DNA from: a virus | Strand: one strand, 5' to 3' | DNA length: 64,000 bases | IMG/VR virus record: IMGVR_UViG_3300035086_000100 | Span: 1 to 64,000 of that record | The notes under the pieces: model-generated | The model's database searches: none | Told to the model about the DNA's origin: nothing | What the model saw: the letters and a program-made list of their open reading frames with translations, nothing else | Position numbers and translations under genes: made by a program | Part shown: one piece after another, positions 37,670-46,899 of the stretch | Layout: each line of letters begins with the position of its first letter | Numbering within the stretch: position 1 is the stretch's first letter

Positions 37670-38527
37670 TCAGGCGGCTTGGCGCTGCCTTCGGTGCTCG
37701 GCCTCCAGTGCCGCCATCTGAGCCTGGTACACACGCGCCATCAGGAGGGTGAACTGCTGGCCGGCGTAAGCCTGCGGGCACGCCGTGCACCTCACTATTT
37801 CCTCCCATCCGCCCTCCCGTGCCTCGTACTGCACCAGCGTCAGCGCATCGCAGCCGTACCCGTCGCACGCCACTTCGGTGATGCGGCGGCGCTGCCGGTT
37901 CAGGCCCAGCATGCCCCGTGCTCTCCCGGCGATGGCCAGGAACTCAAGCCCCGCGTCGGTGCCGCCCATCTCGCGGAACTCCCACGCGTCCCCCGCCGAG
38001 TCGAAGAACAGCACCAGGCCCGGGTTCGTCTCCGCCAGTTCGGCCAGCCGCGACGGGGAGGCGTAGCGGGATTTCGGTTCCGGTTCCAGGGACAGCAGCG
38101 TGTCCAGGTGCCCGTCCGGCCCCAGGGTCCGGCACGCGTCCGATAGCGCTTTCCCGTCCCGGCGCTGGCCGGCAGGGTAGTCCGACAGCCGGGCGACCGC
38201 CCTGCTTTGCTCTTCCCACCCGACCGCGACCAGCACCATCTCCCGCATGAACGCCTCCACGTCCGCCGCCACGGGGATGGGTGCCTCGCGTGACCCGGAT
38301 ACCCGTTCCCCTGCCTGGCCGGTCCTGGGCAGCATCAGGGCCAGGTTCGCGTACGCTTCGGGGAGCCAGCCGATCGTGCGGCCGATCCAGTCGCGGCAGG
38401 TCAGGCAGAACGCCCGGGGGCAGAGCGCGGCGTTGCCCTGGTAGTCGGCTTCCGCGCATCTCCGTCCGTTCGCGCAGGGGGTTCCGGAGTCGTTTTCCCC
38501 GTCGATGTCCGGGCCGTACCGTGCCAT
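37670..38527 (-). CDS. Zn-binding protein, putative late transcription regulator
   Basis: CxxC pairs at both ends; position ahead of the packaging module. Confidence 0.6.
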   Translation of the reverse strand: MARYGPDIDGENDSGTPCANGRRCAEADYQGNAALCPRAFCLTCRDWIGRTIGWLPEAYANLALMLPRTGQAGERVSGSREAPIPVAADVEAFMREMVLVAVGWEEQSRAVARLSDYPAGQRRDGKALSDACRTLGPDGHLDTLLSLEPEPKSRYASPSRLAELAETNPGLVLFFDSAGDAWEFREMGGTDAGLEFLAIAGRARGMLGLNRQRRRITEVACDGYGCDALTLVQYEAREGGWEEIVRCTACPQAYAGQQFTLLMARVYQAQMAALEAEHRRQRQAA

Positions 38528-38707
38528 GGGCGATCACTCCCGGTGCGCATTGGATGCACAGAGAGTAACGCGCCGAGAGGGCGGGGATCAGCGGCGGCGT
38601 AGTTCACGTGCAGCAGCAGACCGAGCTTGCAGCGCTGCTCAGGCGTCAGCGGCGGAGCCTTGTCGACCAGTGCGCGGATGTAGTCGTCCATCGGCCAGCG
38701 GTGACAG

Positions 38708-39193
38708 TCAGACTTCCATGATCCTCGGCGCGTCCGGCGACTCGTCAGCCAGCATCGAGGCGAACTGGTCCAGCATCGCGGTCTCGGACGGCTTCAGCTC
38801 TCCCCGGCCCACCCGGGCTATCGCGTCCTTCCACCGCTCGGACATGTTCACCGGCTCTACCGCCGTCGCCGCCAGCGCGTTCACGATCCGGGGATCGGTA
38901 CCCTCAGGCACGCGGAACCGGAACGTGCAGTAGGTCGGGTCGAAGTCGTCGTCAGCATCGCAGATGCAGTCCGGGTGCGCCGCGAGCGCGTCATTGACGG
39001 CCTTGTAGTCCGCGCGGTTCGGCCCGCCGGTCCTGGTGTACACCGCGATCACCGGGCCGTCCTCGCCTCGCTCGGCCCACGCGTCCCGGAACCGGGCTAC
39101 CTCCGGGTTGCCGAGCAGGCCCAGCAGCAGCGCTCCCCGCTCGGCCTGCTTCCCGTCACCCAGCACCACGTCGTAGAGGCCCATGGGCGCCAT
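38708..39193 (-). CDS. Hypothetical protein
   Basis: RFRDAW..VYTRTGGPNR..DDDFDPTY. Confidence 0.7.
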   Translation of the reverse strand: MAPMGLYDVVLGDGKQAERGALLLGLLGNPEVARFRDAWAERGEDGPVIAVYTRTGGPNRADYKAVNDALAAHPDCICDADDDFDPTYCTFRFRVPEGTDPRIVNALAATAVEPVNMSERWKDAIARVGRGELKPSETAMLDQFASMLADESPDAPRIMEV

Positions 39194-39374
39194 GATGCCG
39201 CAGGCGGGGAGCGGTTTTCAGCCGGCCGGCCTTACGTCCGGCACTCGCACGGAACAGCCCGGAGTAGCCCCTAGCGGTGCGTGGCGTACCTGACGGCGCA
39301 CACAAGGAAGCGGCGGGGGGTGCCCATGACCTCGAGGCTCCCACCGCCGCCGGATTCGCGGAGTACGTCACGCA

Positions 39375-39668
39375 CTATGCGGCCCTTGCCCGCCGTTTCA
39401 GTCCCTTACGCTGATTCGGGCTCAACCCCCCGTAGACACCCCAGCGCTCGTCATGCTCCAGCGCGAACTCAAGGCAGGGTGTTCTCACGGGACAAGCCCG
39501 GCATACCTGCTTGGCTGCCCTGGTCCCGCCGCCCTTTTCCGGATAGAAAATTTCGGGATCAGTCTCGGCGCACAGCGCGAGGTCTTGCCACGCCGGTCCC
39601 TGTGCGTTCACGTCCGGTCCGATGCCGGGATCGCCGGGCATGATCCTGATGATTTCGTCCATCGTCAT
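39375..39668 (-). CDS. whiB: WhiB family transcriptional regulator
   Basis: WQDLALCAETDPEIFYP..AKQVCRACPVRTPCLEFAL..GVYGGLS. Confidence 0.92.
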   Translation of the reverse strand: MTMDEIIRIMPGDPGIGPDVNAQGPAWQDLALCAETDPEIFYPEKGGGTRAAKQVCRACPVRTPCLEFALEHDERWGVYGGLSPNQRKGLKRRARAA

Positions 39669-39680
39669 TCCTTAACTTGC

Positions 39681-40346
39681 CTAGCGGACCGCGCTGTACC
39701 CGAGGAACGCCAGCAGGATCACCAGCGCGGGCGTGACGACCAGCACCTCAGGGCGAGTTGCCGTAGTGAAAGCAAACGGCTCGGGCAGCAGCCTGAACCG
39801 GTACCGGGAGAACGGCAGCAGCAGCGGGCAGCCTGAGTCCGTGCACATGTCCCCGGTGATGTGGGTGGCGCATCCCAGCCCCACCGCGAGCGCTACGAGG
39901 GACAGGCCGGTACCGGTGGCTGTCATCGCGACCGCCCCGCCGATAGCGAGAGCATCGGACCAGTGGCCGCCGAGCCGCAGCGCGATCAGCGCCCCGGCCA
40001 GGATGAGCGTCAGCAGCACGCCGAGCCCGATGCGTCCGGCAGTGTCGTGCCGGTACTGCACCGCCAGCCACGCCAGGACCGTGAACACCGCGACGCCGAT
40101 GAGCGTGTGGGTGCCGTGCCGGTGCCCGCCGGAGACCTTGCCTACCAGCCAGGCGAACGAGTGCGTCGCGAAGCCGAACGAGCGGGCCAGGGTGGAGTTC
40201 GGGTGATCGATGTCCGGGAGTACCGCCGCGCCGGCAGTCAGGCCGGCCATGAGCGCGGCCTGCGGGAGCGGCAGGTGCAGGACGTAGATGCTCGCTGCCG
40301 AGCCCGTCACCGCGCCGGAGAGCGCATGGGTATGCCCGAGGCACAT
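39681..40346 (-). CDS. Membrane-bound metal-dependent hydrolase (YdjM-like)
   Basis: HTHALSG, LPDIDHP, HRHGTHT, HITGD. Confidence 0.85.
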   Translation of the reverse strand: MCLGHTHALSGAVTGSAASIYVLHLPLPQAALMAGLTAGAAVLPDIDHPNSTLARSFGFATHSFAWLVGKVSGGHRHGTHTLIGVAVFTVLAWLAVQYRHDTAGRIGLGVLLTLILAGALIALRLGGHWSDALAIGGAVAMTATGTGLSLVALAVGLGCATHITGDMCTDSGCPLLLPFSRYRFRLLPEPFAFTTATRPEVLVVTPALVILLAFLGYSAVR

Positions 40347-40348
40347 GG

Positions 40349-40639
40349 CTAGCCGGCCGCGATAACGATTATGTCGGTCGGGTGGGCTGGCCAGCAGCCA
40401 TCAGGGTCATCGTCGGCCACGATGTACACGGTCCGCTCGCCGTTCTCGCCGTGCTCCTGGTAGTCCGCTTCCGTGATCACCGGCCAGCGGCCTGACCTGT
40501 CGGGCATGACTCCCATCCGGTGGCCGCCGACCAGGATCATCCCGGGCTTGGCCTCCCCTGCCGTGATCCGCTTCACCGGGAAACCGGGCTTCCCTGTCAT
40601 TCCGGCCGCCGTCCGCAGCCTGTTCGCGAGCCTGCTCAT
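40349..40639 (-). CDS. Hypothetical protein
   Basis: RBS GGGAG, follows the FtsK gene. Confidence 0.5.
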   Translation of the reverse strand: MSRLANRLRTAAGMTGKPGFPVKRITAGEAKPGMILVGGHRMGVMPDRSGRWPVITEADYQEHGENGERTVYIVADDDPDGCWPAHPTDIIVIAAG

Positions 40640-40652
40640 CGGTTTCTCCCCT

Positions 40653-42779
40653 TCAGTTCTCTGCGTTGACGAGCGACCGGTACCGGCCACCGCCGAGGTC
40701 TTCGGCCACGCCGACCGCTACCAGGTTGCGGAGCGCCTGATCAGCGGAGAACGCGTCCGTGTCGGCCATCTGCGACACGTCATACAGATCCATCACGCCC
40801 CTGCTGGCCAGCCATGCGGCCAGCAGAGGGACGGTGACGGGCTTCGACTCCGGCGGCTGCGGCAGGTCACCCGAGTCGTGTCGACGGGGCGCGGGCGCAT
40901 CCTGGGCGGGCGGCGACCAGCGCGGCCCGGCACCCGGTCCGCTGACGACACGGCGAAGCTCGGCGGTCACCGCGAACGGCAACTGGGAGTCCTTGACGCC
41001 ATCCGGCAGCGCGGCTATCGCCTCGATCAACTGCGAGCCGTCCAGCACCGACAGCCGGCCGCCCCACCCGAGCGGCCTGATGACCGCCTCGATCTCGGGG
41101 CCGAGTTCCACCACGTCGAGGGAGATCTTCTCGGCCAGTTCCCGCACGTCCGGGCCGTCCTCGCCCGGCTTGACGTACTCGGGCAGGTGCTTGGTCCGCA
41201 TCGTCGTAGACGGCCGGTTGTCCGTGCCGTGCAGAAAGCCAAGCCCGTGCACGCCGGGGGCCAGCGCCGACGTGTCGCCCTGCACGCCCAGCATGTGCTT
41301 GCTTAGCCCGTCCGTGCGGTGAGACAGGACATTGAACGCCTTCAGCAATTCGCGGATCGCCCGCAGGCCCAGTTCGGTGAGGTCCGGCATCTGGACGACC
41401 ACCTTGACTTTCACGCCGACCTTGCGGCCCTCCATGATGATCGCGGCGACCAGCGGAATCGCGATCTTCGACAGCACCGGGTCGCGGACGATCTTCGGCC
41501 ACTCGTCGATCGTCACGTCGATGATCGGGTTCTCCGGGGTCGGGTCGAACGAGCCCTTGCCGGTGTTGACCCTGCCCAGGTGGTCGGTCCAGGTCTGGTC
41601 GCCGAACCGGGCGGCGCGGTCGCACATGAGAGCGTGCGCCATGATGATCATCTGCACGCACGCCTCAAGGCCCCATGCCATCTGGTCGGCGAAGCCCTTC
41701 CAGACCGCGAGGGGCTGGCGCTGCGGGTCACCCATCCACAGGGCAATGATCCGCTTGCCGTCGACCTTCGCCTGGCCTTCCTCGCAGGCGATGACCAGCA
41801 GGGAGCCCGTCTTGCCGGATCCCTGCTGGCCGGCCAGGATCCCGGCGGCGACTCCCGACCCGGGTATGTGCAGCAGCCAGTGAGCGTCCTCGCCGTCCGC
41901 GTACCGCCCGATCCTGACCTTCCCTGTCGCCGGGTCATACGTCGACTTGCCGTCCCACTTGTCAGCCCGGTTCCACGCGTTCTTGCGGGTCAGAACCGTC
42001 ACGATCGCCCGCCGCTCCGACCGGTCCGCCGTGTACTCCACGGTGACCTGGTCCCTGCTCACGTCGAACTGGGCGGCGACCTTCGGGATCAGCGCGAACA
42101 AGTCGCCTGTCGTGGTTTCCGACCCGGCGGGCAGCTCGATTTCCAGCGCGAACCCGTCTTTCACGTCCCGCAGAGAATGGAACCGGGCGCCCTTGCACGG
42201 GCCTGACTGCCCGAACCTGGCACTGAACGCCGTCAGCCTCGGGTCAGGAGGAGGGGGAGCAGCCGGCGCGGGCGCGGGCGGCTCAGGCGGGGGCTCGGGC
42301 CGCTTGCGCGCCCGGTACAGGCCGGGAGCGGCGACGGCCAGGCCGCCGCCGAGCATCACGAGCTGGCCCCAGCCGTTCAGGACACCCGCAGCGGTCCCTG
42401 CCGCCATGGCGGTGCAGCACGCCGCGCACGACGCCCAGGCGGCCTGCCTGCGCGCCCGTGCCCGGCCCAGCCTGCGCGCCGACGCGCCGTCAGCGGCGAG
42501 CCGGGCGGAGATCCTCGCGTGTCGCACCGCCACCCTGACCGCAGCGACCGTGCACGGGGCAGCGACCAGGGCGTAACCCCACGGCCAGCCGATCGCGTGG
42601 CCGCCGGCAACGAGGCCGTCCGCGCCGGCTACCGCGGACAGCGAGGCCAGCGCCCGGTGCTGGCGCAGGTAGGCGGCCGGGGCGCTGCCCGGCGGGGTGA
42701 ACTCGGGCGGGTCCGGGTCCGGGCACGGCTTCGACACGGCGCTCTTGCCGCCGGCGGGCTTCTTCGCGGTCGGTGCCAT
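40653..42779 (-). CDS. FtsK/SpoIIIE-family conjugal DNA translocase (TraB-like)
   Basis: N-terminal TMs, IGRYADG, Walker A GQQGSGKT, Walker B VTIDEW, EGRKVGV..Q, C-terminal wHTH-like segment. Confidence 0.85.
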   Translation of the reverse strand: MAPTAKKPAGGKSAVSKPCPDPDPPEFTPPGSAPAAYLRQHRALASLSAVAGADGLVAGGHAIGWPWGYALVAAPCTVAAVRVAVRHARISARLAADGASARRLGRARARRQAAWASCAACCTAMAAGTAAGVLNGWGQLVMLGGGLAVAAPGLYRARKRPEPPPEPPAPAPAAPPPPDPRLTAFSARFGQSGPCKGARFHSLRDVKDGFALEIELPAGSETTTGDLFALIPKVAAQFDVSRDQVTVEYTADRSERRAIVTVLTRKNAWNRADKWDGKSTYDPATGKVRIGRYADGEDAHWLLHIPGSGVAAGILAGQQGSGKTGSLLVIACEEGQAKVDGKRIIALWMGDPQRQPLAVWKGFADQMAWGLEACVQMIIMAHALMCDRAARFGDQTWTDHLGRVNTGKGSFDPTPENPIIDVTIDEWPKIVRDPVLSKIAIPLVAAIIMEGRKVGVKVKVVVQMPDLTELGLRAIRELLKAFNVLSHRTDGLSKHMLGVQGDTSALAPGVHGLGFLHGTDNRPSTTMRTKHLPEYVKPGEDGPDVRELAEKISLDVVELGPEIEAVIRPLGWGGRLSVLDGSQLIEAIAALPDGVKDSQLPFAVTAELRRVVSGPGAGPRWSPPAQDAPAPRRHDSGDLPQPPESKPVTVPLLAAWLASRGVMDLYDVSQMADTDAFSADQALRNLVAVGVAEDLGGGRYRSLVNAEN

Positions 42780-42874
42780 GGTTCCGGGTCTCCTGCCGTC
42801 CTCTTGCGGTTCGGGCCTGATGGCTTCCGCGTCCCCCGCCCGGCTTCGATCCTGCCGGGCGGGGGACGCGCACG

Positions 42875-43198
42875 TCACCGGCCAGTGCGGGCCTCGTCGG
42901 CGTACTGCTTGTGCGGGGTGTTCTCCGGCCCTCCGGCCGCGGCGACAGCCTCGCCGACCGGGACCTGGGTGTCGTTGACGGTGTCGGTCATCCGGATCCC
43001 GGACGCGACAAGGTCGGTGATCTCGGCCTGGAACACGCGGATCGCGGCGGCCTGCGACAGGTCGCCGTTGTCGGCCTCCACCTGGGCGGCCATCGTGTCG
43101 AGCAGGTCACGCAACTGCTGAAGCCGGGTAATGCAGGCGCCGGCCCAGGCAAGCCAGGCGGCATGAGTGTTCGTCTCGCCGATCAGCGGGGCAGTCAT
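42875..43198 (-). CDS. 107-aa helical transfer-associated protein
   Basis: RBS GAGGGAG; similar to the C-terminus of the upstream gene. Confidence 0.65.
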   Translation of the reverse strand: MTAPLIGETNTHAAWLAWAGACITRLQQLRDLLDTMAAQVEADNGDLSQAAAIRVFQAEITDLVASGIRMTDTVNDTQVPVGEAVAAAGGPENTPHKQYADEARTGR

Positions 43199-43223
43199 TG
43201 GTTCTCCCTCAGGTAGTGGTCGT

Positions 43224-44654
43224 CTACATCTCGGCGTAGTAATCCGGGTCGGCCACCTCGTCGGAGCCGCCGGCGCCCTGGACCGCGTCCACGTACGGGT
43301 CCTGGTGCTGGTTGACTTCCTCGACCAGGTTCCGGCCGTGGGACATCACGGCGGTGACCTGGTCAAGCCAGGCGGTCACCGCCGCCATGTGCTCCCGGCC
43401 GGCGCTCTTCGCGCTCAGGCACTTCAGCGTGTTCTCCGCCGACTGGGCGATGCCTTCGAGCGCGGCGTCGATCGCGCTGGTCAGCCCTTCCCAGTCGGCC
43501 TGGGTGTGCAGTTCACCGTCAGGCGCGCACGTCATCGGGTCTCCTTGCGGTTGCGGCGGTGCAGCCTGACCGGGCTGCGTCGGCCCTGCCGGGGCATCCG
43601 GCGGGGAATTCTGGGCGGCAGCCTCCTGCGCGATCCGGCCGGCTTCGGCGGCCAGGAACTCGGCGTCGCCAGCGGTCAGCGGCATCTCGTTGCCGTCCGC
43701 GTCCACGGGGGTTCCCGCGGCGGCCAGTTCGGCTGGCTGGCGTTCCCTGACTGCCCCGTCCGGGTAGCGGGCCGGGATGCGGGTGATGACGCCGTCCTTG
43801 CTGCTCGTGCCGCCGTACCCGCAGTACAGGCAGATGTCGGCGTTGGTGGCATTCACCACGTACCAGGTGCTTCTGGGCATGAGCTGGCGGTTGCAGCCCG
43901 GCTCGGAGCAGATCCTGACCGGCAGTTTCCATCGGGCCGGGTCTGCGCCCTCGCGGCTGACTGGCAGGCCCTGGTAGTCCGGGCACAGCAGGCAGCCCGG
44001 ATTCACGCACGCGAAGCCGGCCAGCGGCTTGCCGCAGCGGACGCAGCGCGGCGCCGGGACTGCCCCGGGTTCCGGGTCGCCCACGATCTCCGCGTCGGGA
44101 ATCTCGTCGTCGGGGGGCAAGTCGCCGTCCCGCATGGCGGGCGGGGCTTCCTCCGCATGCTCTGCGACGGCCGGACGGCTGGCACCCGGACGGCATGAGC
44201 CGCACAGCCCGTCTTTCAGGGCCGTGACAGCGGCGATGCCGCCGCACTGGCCGCACACCCCGATCCGCAGCAGCCGGGGGCGCTCGCCGTCCCGCAGGCG
44301 CTTCCTGGCCTCGCCGTAGGCGTACTTCCCGCCCCGCCATGCCGCTCCGGCGATCCGGCGCACGATCCCGGCGCCGTTGCGGAACAGCCTGCGGCGGCGC
44401 ATCGCCGCGCGAACGGCCCTGGCGGTCCTCATCGCCGCCCACGCCCAGAACGCCGGGTAGAAGGCGCCGCGCTTGCGGTCCTCTTCAAGCCGTTTCGCGA
44501 GCGCCGCGCCCGCCTTGGTTCCCTTGTCCTTCAGGGCCTGGAGTACCGCCGCGCGGACCGTGCGGCCCTCGGCCACGGCCTGCCAGATCCCGGCCTTGCC
44601 GGCGGCGTGCACGACCAGCCACGCCACCAGCATCGGCATGAGGACGACCATCAT
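43224..44654 (-). CDS. Transfer-associated protein (N-terminal TM, Zn fingers, C-terminal helical domain)
   Basis: Hydrophobic start, several CxxC pairs; internal RBS and ATG at 43535. Confidence 0.6.
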   Translation of the reverse strand: MMVVLMPMLVAWLVVHAAGKAGIWQAVAEGRTVRAAVLQALKDKGTKAGAALAKRLEEDRKRGAFYPAFWAWAAMRTARAVRAAMRRRRLFRNGAGIVRRIAGAAWRGGKYAYGEARKRLRDGERPRLLRIGVCGQCGGIAAVTALKDGLCGSCRPGASRPAVAEHAEEAPPAMRDGDLPPDDEIPDAEIVGDPEPGAVPAPRCVRCGKPLAGFACVNPGCLLCPDYQGLPVSREGADPARWKLPVRICSEPGCNRQLMPRSTWYVVNATNADICLYCGYGGTSSKDGVITRIPARYPDGAVRERQPAELAAAGTPVDADGNEMPLTAGDAEFLAAEAGRIAQEAAAQNSPPDAPAGPTQPGQAAPPQPQGDPMTCAPDGELHTQADWEGLTSAIDAALEGIAQSAENTLKCLSAKSAGREHMAAVTAWLDQVTAVMSHGRNLVEEVNQHQDPYVDAVQGAGGSDEVADPDYYAEM

Positions 44655-44667
44655 CTGAAAGGCTCCC

Positions 44668-45105
44668 TTACTGGCCGGTGATACGGGACACGACCGCACC
44701 GGCAATGTGGTCGAAGAAGCCGAGCACCCCGGCGGCCTTGTGCCCGAGCGTCAGCAGCAGCAGCGCCGGGAGGAGCAGCCCGAACGTGGGCTGCAGGATC
44801 CGGTTCGGGGTTCCGCCGAACTTCTTCACGCCGTCGTGGATGAACTCGACGGTGATCAGGCCGGTGATGCCGATCTCGATCCAGTGCGCCACGCCGGTCA
44901 GGCCCGCGATGTAGCCGCCGAGCAGGCCGGCCAGGGGGATGCCCACGGCGAAGGCGAGCCAGCCGATGATCCGCGCCGACTTCTTCTTGCGGTGCATTCC
45001 GAGGGCGATGCCGCCGAGCAGGGCGGCCCCTCCGATTGACAGGCCGGCGATCTGGCCGCCGGTCAGGCCGGCCGGGGTGACCCCGGCGGCCAGGATGATG
45101 TTCAT
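44668..45105 (-). CDS. Spd-like membrane protein (about 4 TM)
   Basis: Hydrophobic segments; context upstream of the TraB-like gene. Confidence 0.6.
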   Translation of the reverse strand: MNIILAAGVTPAGLTGGQIAGLSIGGAALLGGIALGMHRKKKSARIIGWLAFAVGIPLAGLLGGYIAGLTGVAHWIEIGITGLITVEFIHDGVKKFGGTPNRILQPTFGLLLPALLLLTLGHKAAGVLGFFDHIAGAVVSRITGQ

Positions 45106-45132
45106 TGCGATGGTTCCTTTCGGGGGGGATCG

Positions 45133-45702
45133 TTACCTGAGGTGGAAGGCCAGCCAGGCAATGCCGATGAAGGCCGCCGCCCCGCCGAGCCGGATCGGGC
45201 GGGCGAACAGCCACGCCAGCAGGTAGCCGGCGGTCACGCCGAGCCGTCCGACCGTCAGGTGGTAGCAGTTGCCGGCCGGGCCGGAGTACTTGCCGTGATG
45301 GGTGCACGCCCGGGCTGCGTTTCGGCACGGCTCGCAGCACGGCACCCAGGCCCGGGATTTGCGGTAGGCGTCATGGACGGCCAGTGACTCGGGCGAGGCG
45401 TGCCACGGGCCGCGCGGGTTGGTGACGGTCTTCCGCGCCGTCTGCCAGCACATGGCCGCCAGGTGCAGGGCGACCGTGCCGCCGCCGATCTTCAGGACCA
45501 CGCCGTCAGGCACGTCAGCGTCAGGCAGCGCCAGTGCGGCGCCAGGGTCACCGTCAGGCGCACCGTCAGGCGGAGTGTCATGCCAGCCGTCAGGCGGAGC
45601 GTCATGCCGGCGGTGGTGCCCTGGCCCGCCGCAGGACCCGTCAGCCTCGCCCGGGTCACGAAGGTCGAACTCGAAGTCAAGGTCGGGCAGCGAACTGGTC
45701 AT
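45133..45702 (-). CDS. Spd-like membrane protein with PPDG repeats
   Basis: C-terminal TMs; ATGA overlap. Confidence 0.55.
   Translation of the reverse strand: MTSSLPDLDFEFDLRDPGEADGSCGGPGHHRRHDAPPDGWHDTPPDGAPDGDPGAALALPDADVPDGVVLKIGGGTVALHLAAMCWQTARKTVTNPRGPWHASPESLAVHDAYRKSRAWVPCCEPCRNAARACTHHGKYSGPAGNCYHLTVGRLGVTAGYLLAWLFARPIRLGGAAAFIGIAWLAFHLR
45504..45646 (+). repeat. Cluster of CGTCAGGC 8-mers
   Basis: Exact copies at 45504, 45519, 45552, 45564, 45588, plus variants. Confidence 0.85.
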
Positions 45703-46005
45703 GACACCCTCGCGAGTTTCTCGGCAAGCTGGGCTAGCTGGTCGGTGAGCTGGCGGACAAGGCCCGGTCCCCGGCGGGGGATCTTCATCGCGTCGGCGGC
45801 CACGGCGCGAGCCAGCGCGGTCGCCTCCGCCAGCGCCTTCATCTCCTCGCCGGCGGACTGCGCGGCGGTCATGCGCTCCCTGTACCGGGCGCGCGCGGCA
45901 GCGGTAGTCACCGGGTACCGCCTCGCGCGCGCGGGCACGCGCAGGTGCATGCCTGCATGTGCATCCCCGCGTTGGGGGTTCCGGCAGGGCTCAGTTCCGG
46001 GCTGG

Positions 46006-46899
46006 TCACCTGTCCGCTCCTTCCGTCTCGCGTGCCGTCTCATCCAGTTCGGGCAGCCACTTGGACCGCATCTGCCGGCCCAGGCTGCTGGACGCCGAGA
46101 GCCCGGCCGCGCGGACCAGGTCGGCACCGGACGGCGCGGGCCTGCCCGCCTGGATCTCGGTGTCCCAGTAGGTGCGCATCACCTGGGCGGCGCCGTTGTT
46201 GCTCCCGGGCGGACCCGGGGGGATGCACTGCCCGGCGGTGATCGCCAGCTCCCGCGCGTGGCCGCCGGCGACCGGCAGGCGGCTGACGGGGCTGACGGAC
46301 TGGCTGGCGGCCCTGACGATTTCCGCCTGACGCTCCGCGATGGCGGCGCGACGCCCGGCCGCCTGACGCTGACGCTCTTCTTCCGCCTGACGGTCTTCTT
46401 CCGCCTGACGGTCGGCGGCCTGACGCTGACGCTCAAGCTCCGCCTGACGCTCGGCCTCCGCCGCTATCGCCTGACGCTCGGCCAGGCCCTTGCGGGCCGC
46501 CTCGGCTGCCCGCCGCTCCATGAGGGAGATCGCCAGCATGAGGAACAAGCCGGGGATCGCGGCCGTGATGTACCCCCACGCCGACGACTGCGCCCCGGCG
46601 AGGTTCCCGGCCAGGGTCAGGCCGATCCCGAAGATCATCACGATGGTGGGCCACGACATCCAGCCGCGGCGCTTGCGCCCGGTCCTGATGTCGCGCTGCC
46701 GCTCGCGGGCAGCCATCAGCACCCCGAGGTCCACGCACACGGCGATCAGCGGCGCCAGGACGCCGGGCTGGCCGTGGCCCGATGCCAGCCGCGTCCAGTG
46801 GTCGAACGAGCCGCCGAACGCGATCAGCGCGAGGGCGAGCGGGATGCCGTTGTCGGCGACCGCCCGCCCGAAGCCGTTCCCGTCCCCGGCGGCGCTCAC
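46006..46899 (-). CDS. DUF2637 (SpdA-like) membrane protein with C-terminal HTH-like segment
   Basis: AFGGSFDHW..LA..G..LIAVCVD..LTLAGN..AIP. Confidence 0.75.
   Translation of the reverse strand: MSAAGDGNGFGRAVADNGIPLALALIAFGGSFDHWTRLASGHGQPGVLAPLIAVCVDLGVLMAARERQRDIRTGRKRRGWMSWPTIVMIFGIGLTLAGNLAGAQSSAWGYITAAIPGLFLMLAISLMERRAAEAARKGLAERQAIAAEAERQAELERQRQAADRQAEEDRQAEEERQRQAAGRRAAIAERQAEIVRAASQSVSPVSRLPVAGGHARELAITAGQCIPPGPPGSNNGAAQVMRTYWDTEIQAGRPAPSGADLVRAAGLSASSSLGRQMRSKWLPELDETARETEGADR
46281..46476 (+). repeat. Cluster of GCCTGACG 8-mers (reverse complement of the 45.5 kb cluster)
   Basis: Exact copies at 46325, 46361, 46385, 46403, 46418, 46442, 46469, plus five CTGACG-core variants. 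Confidence 0.85.

Noticed and set aside
45504-46476. CRISPR array
   Set aside because: Repeats are 8 bp, irregularly spaced and inside coding regions; no cas genes seen
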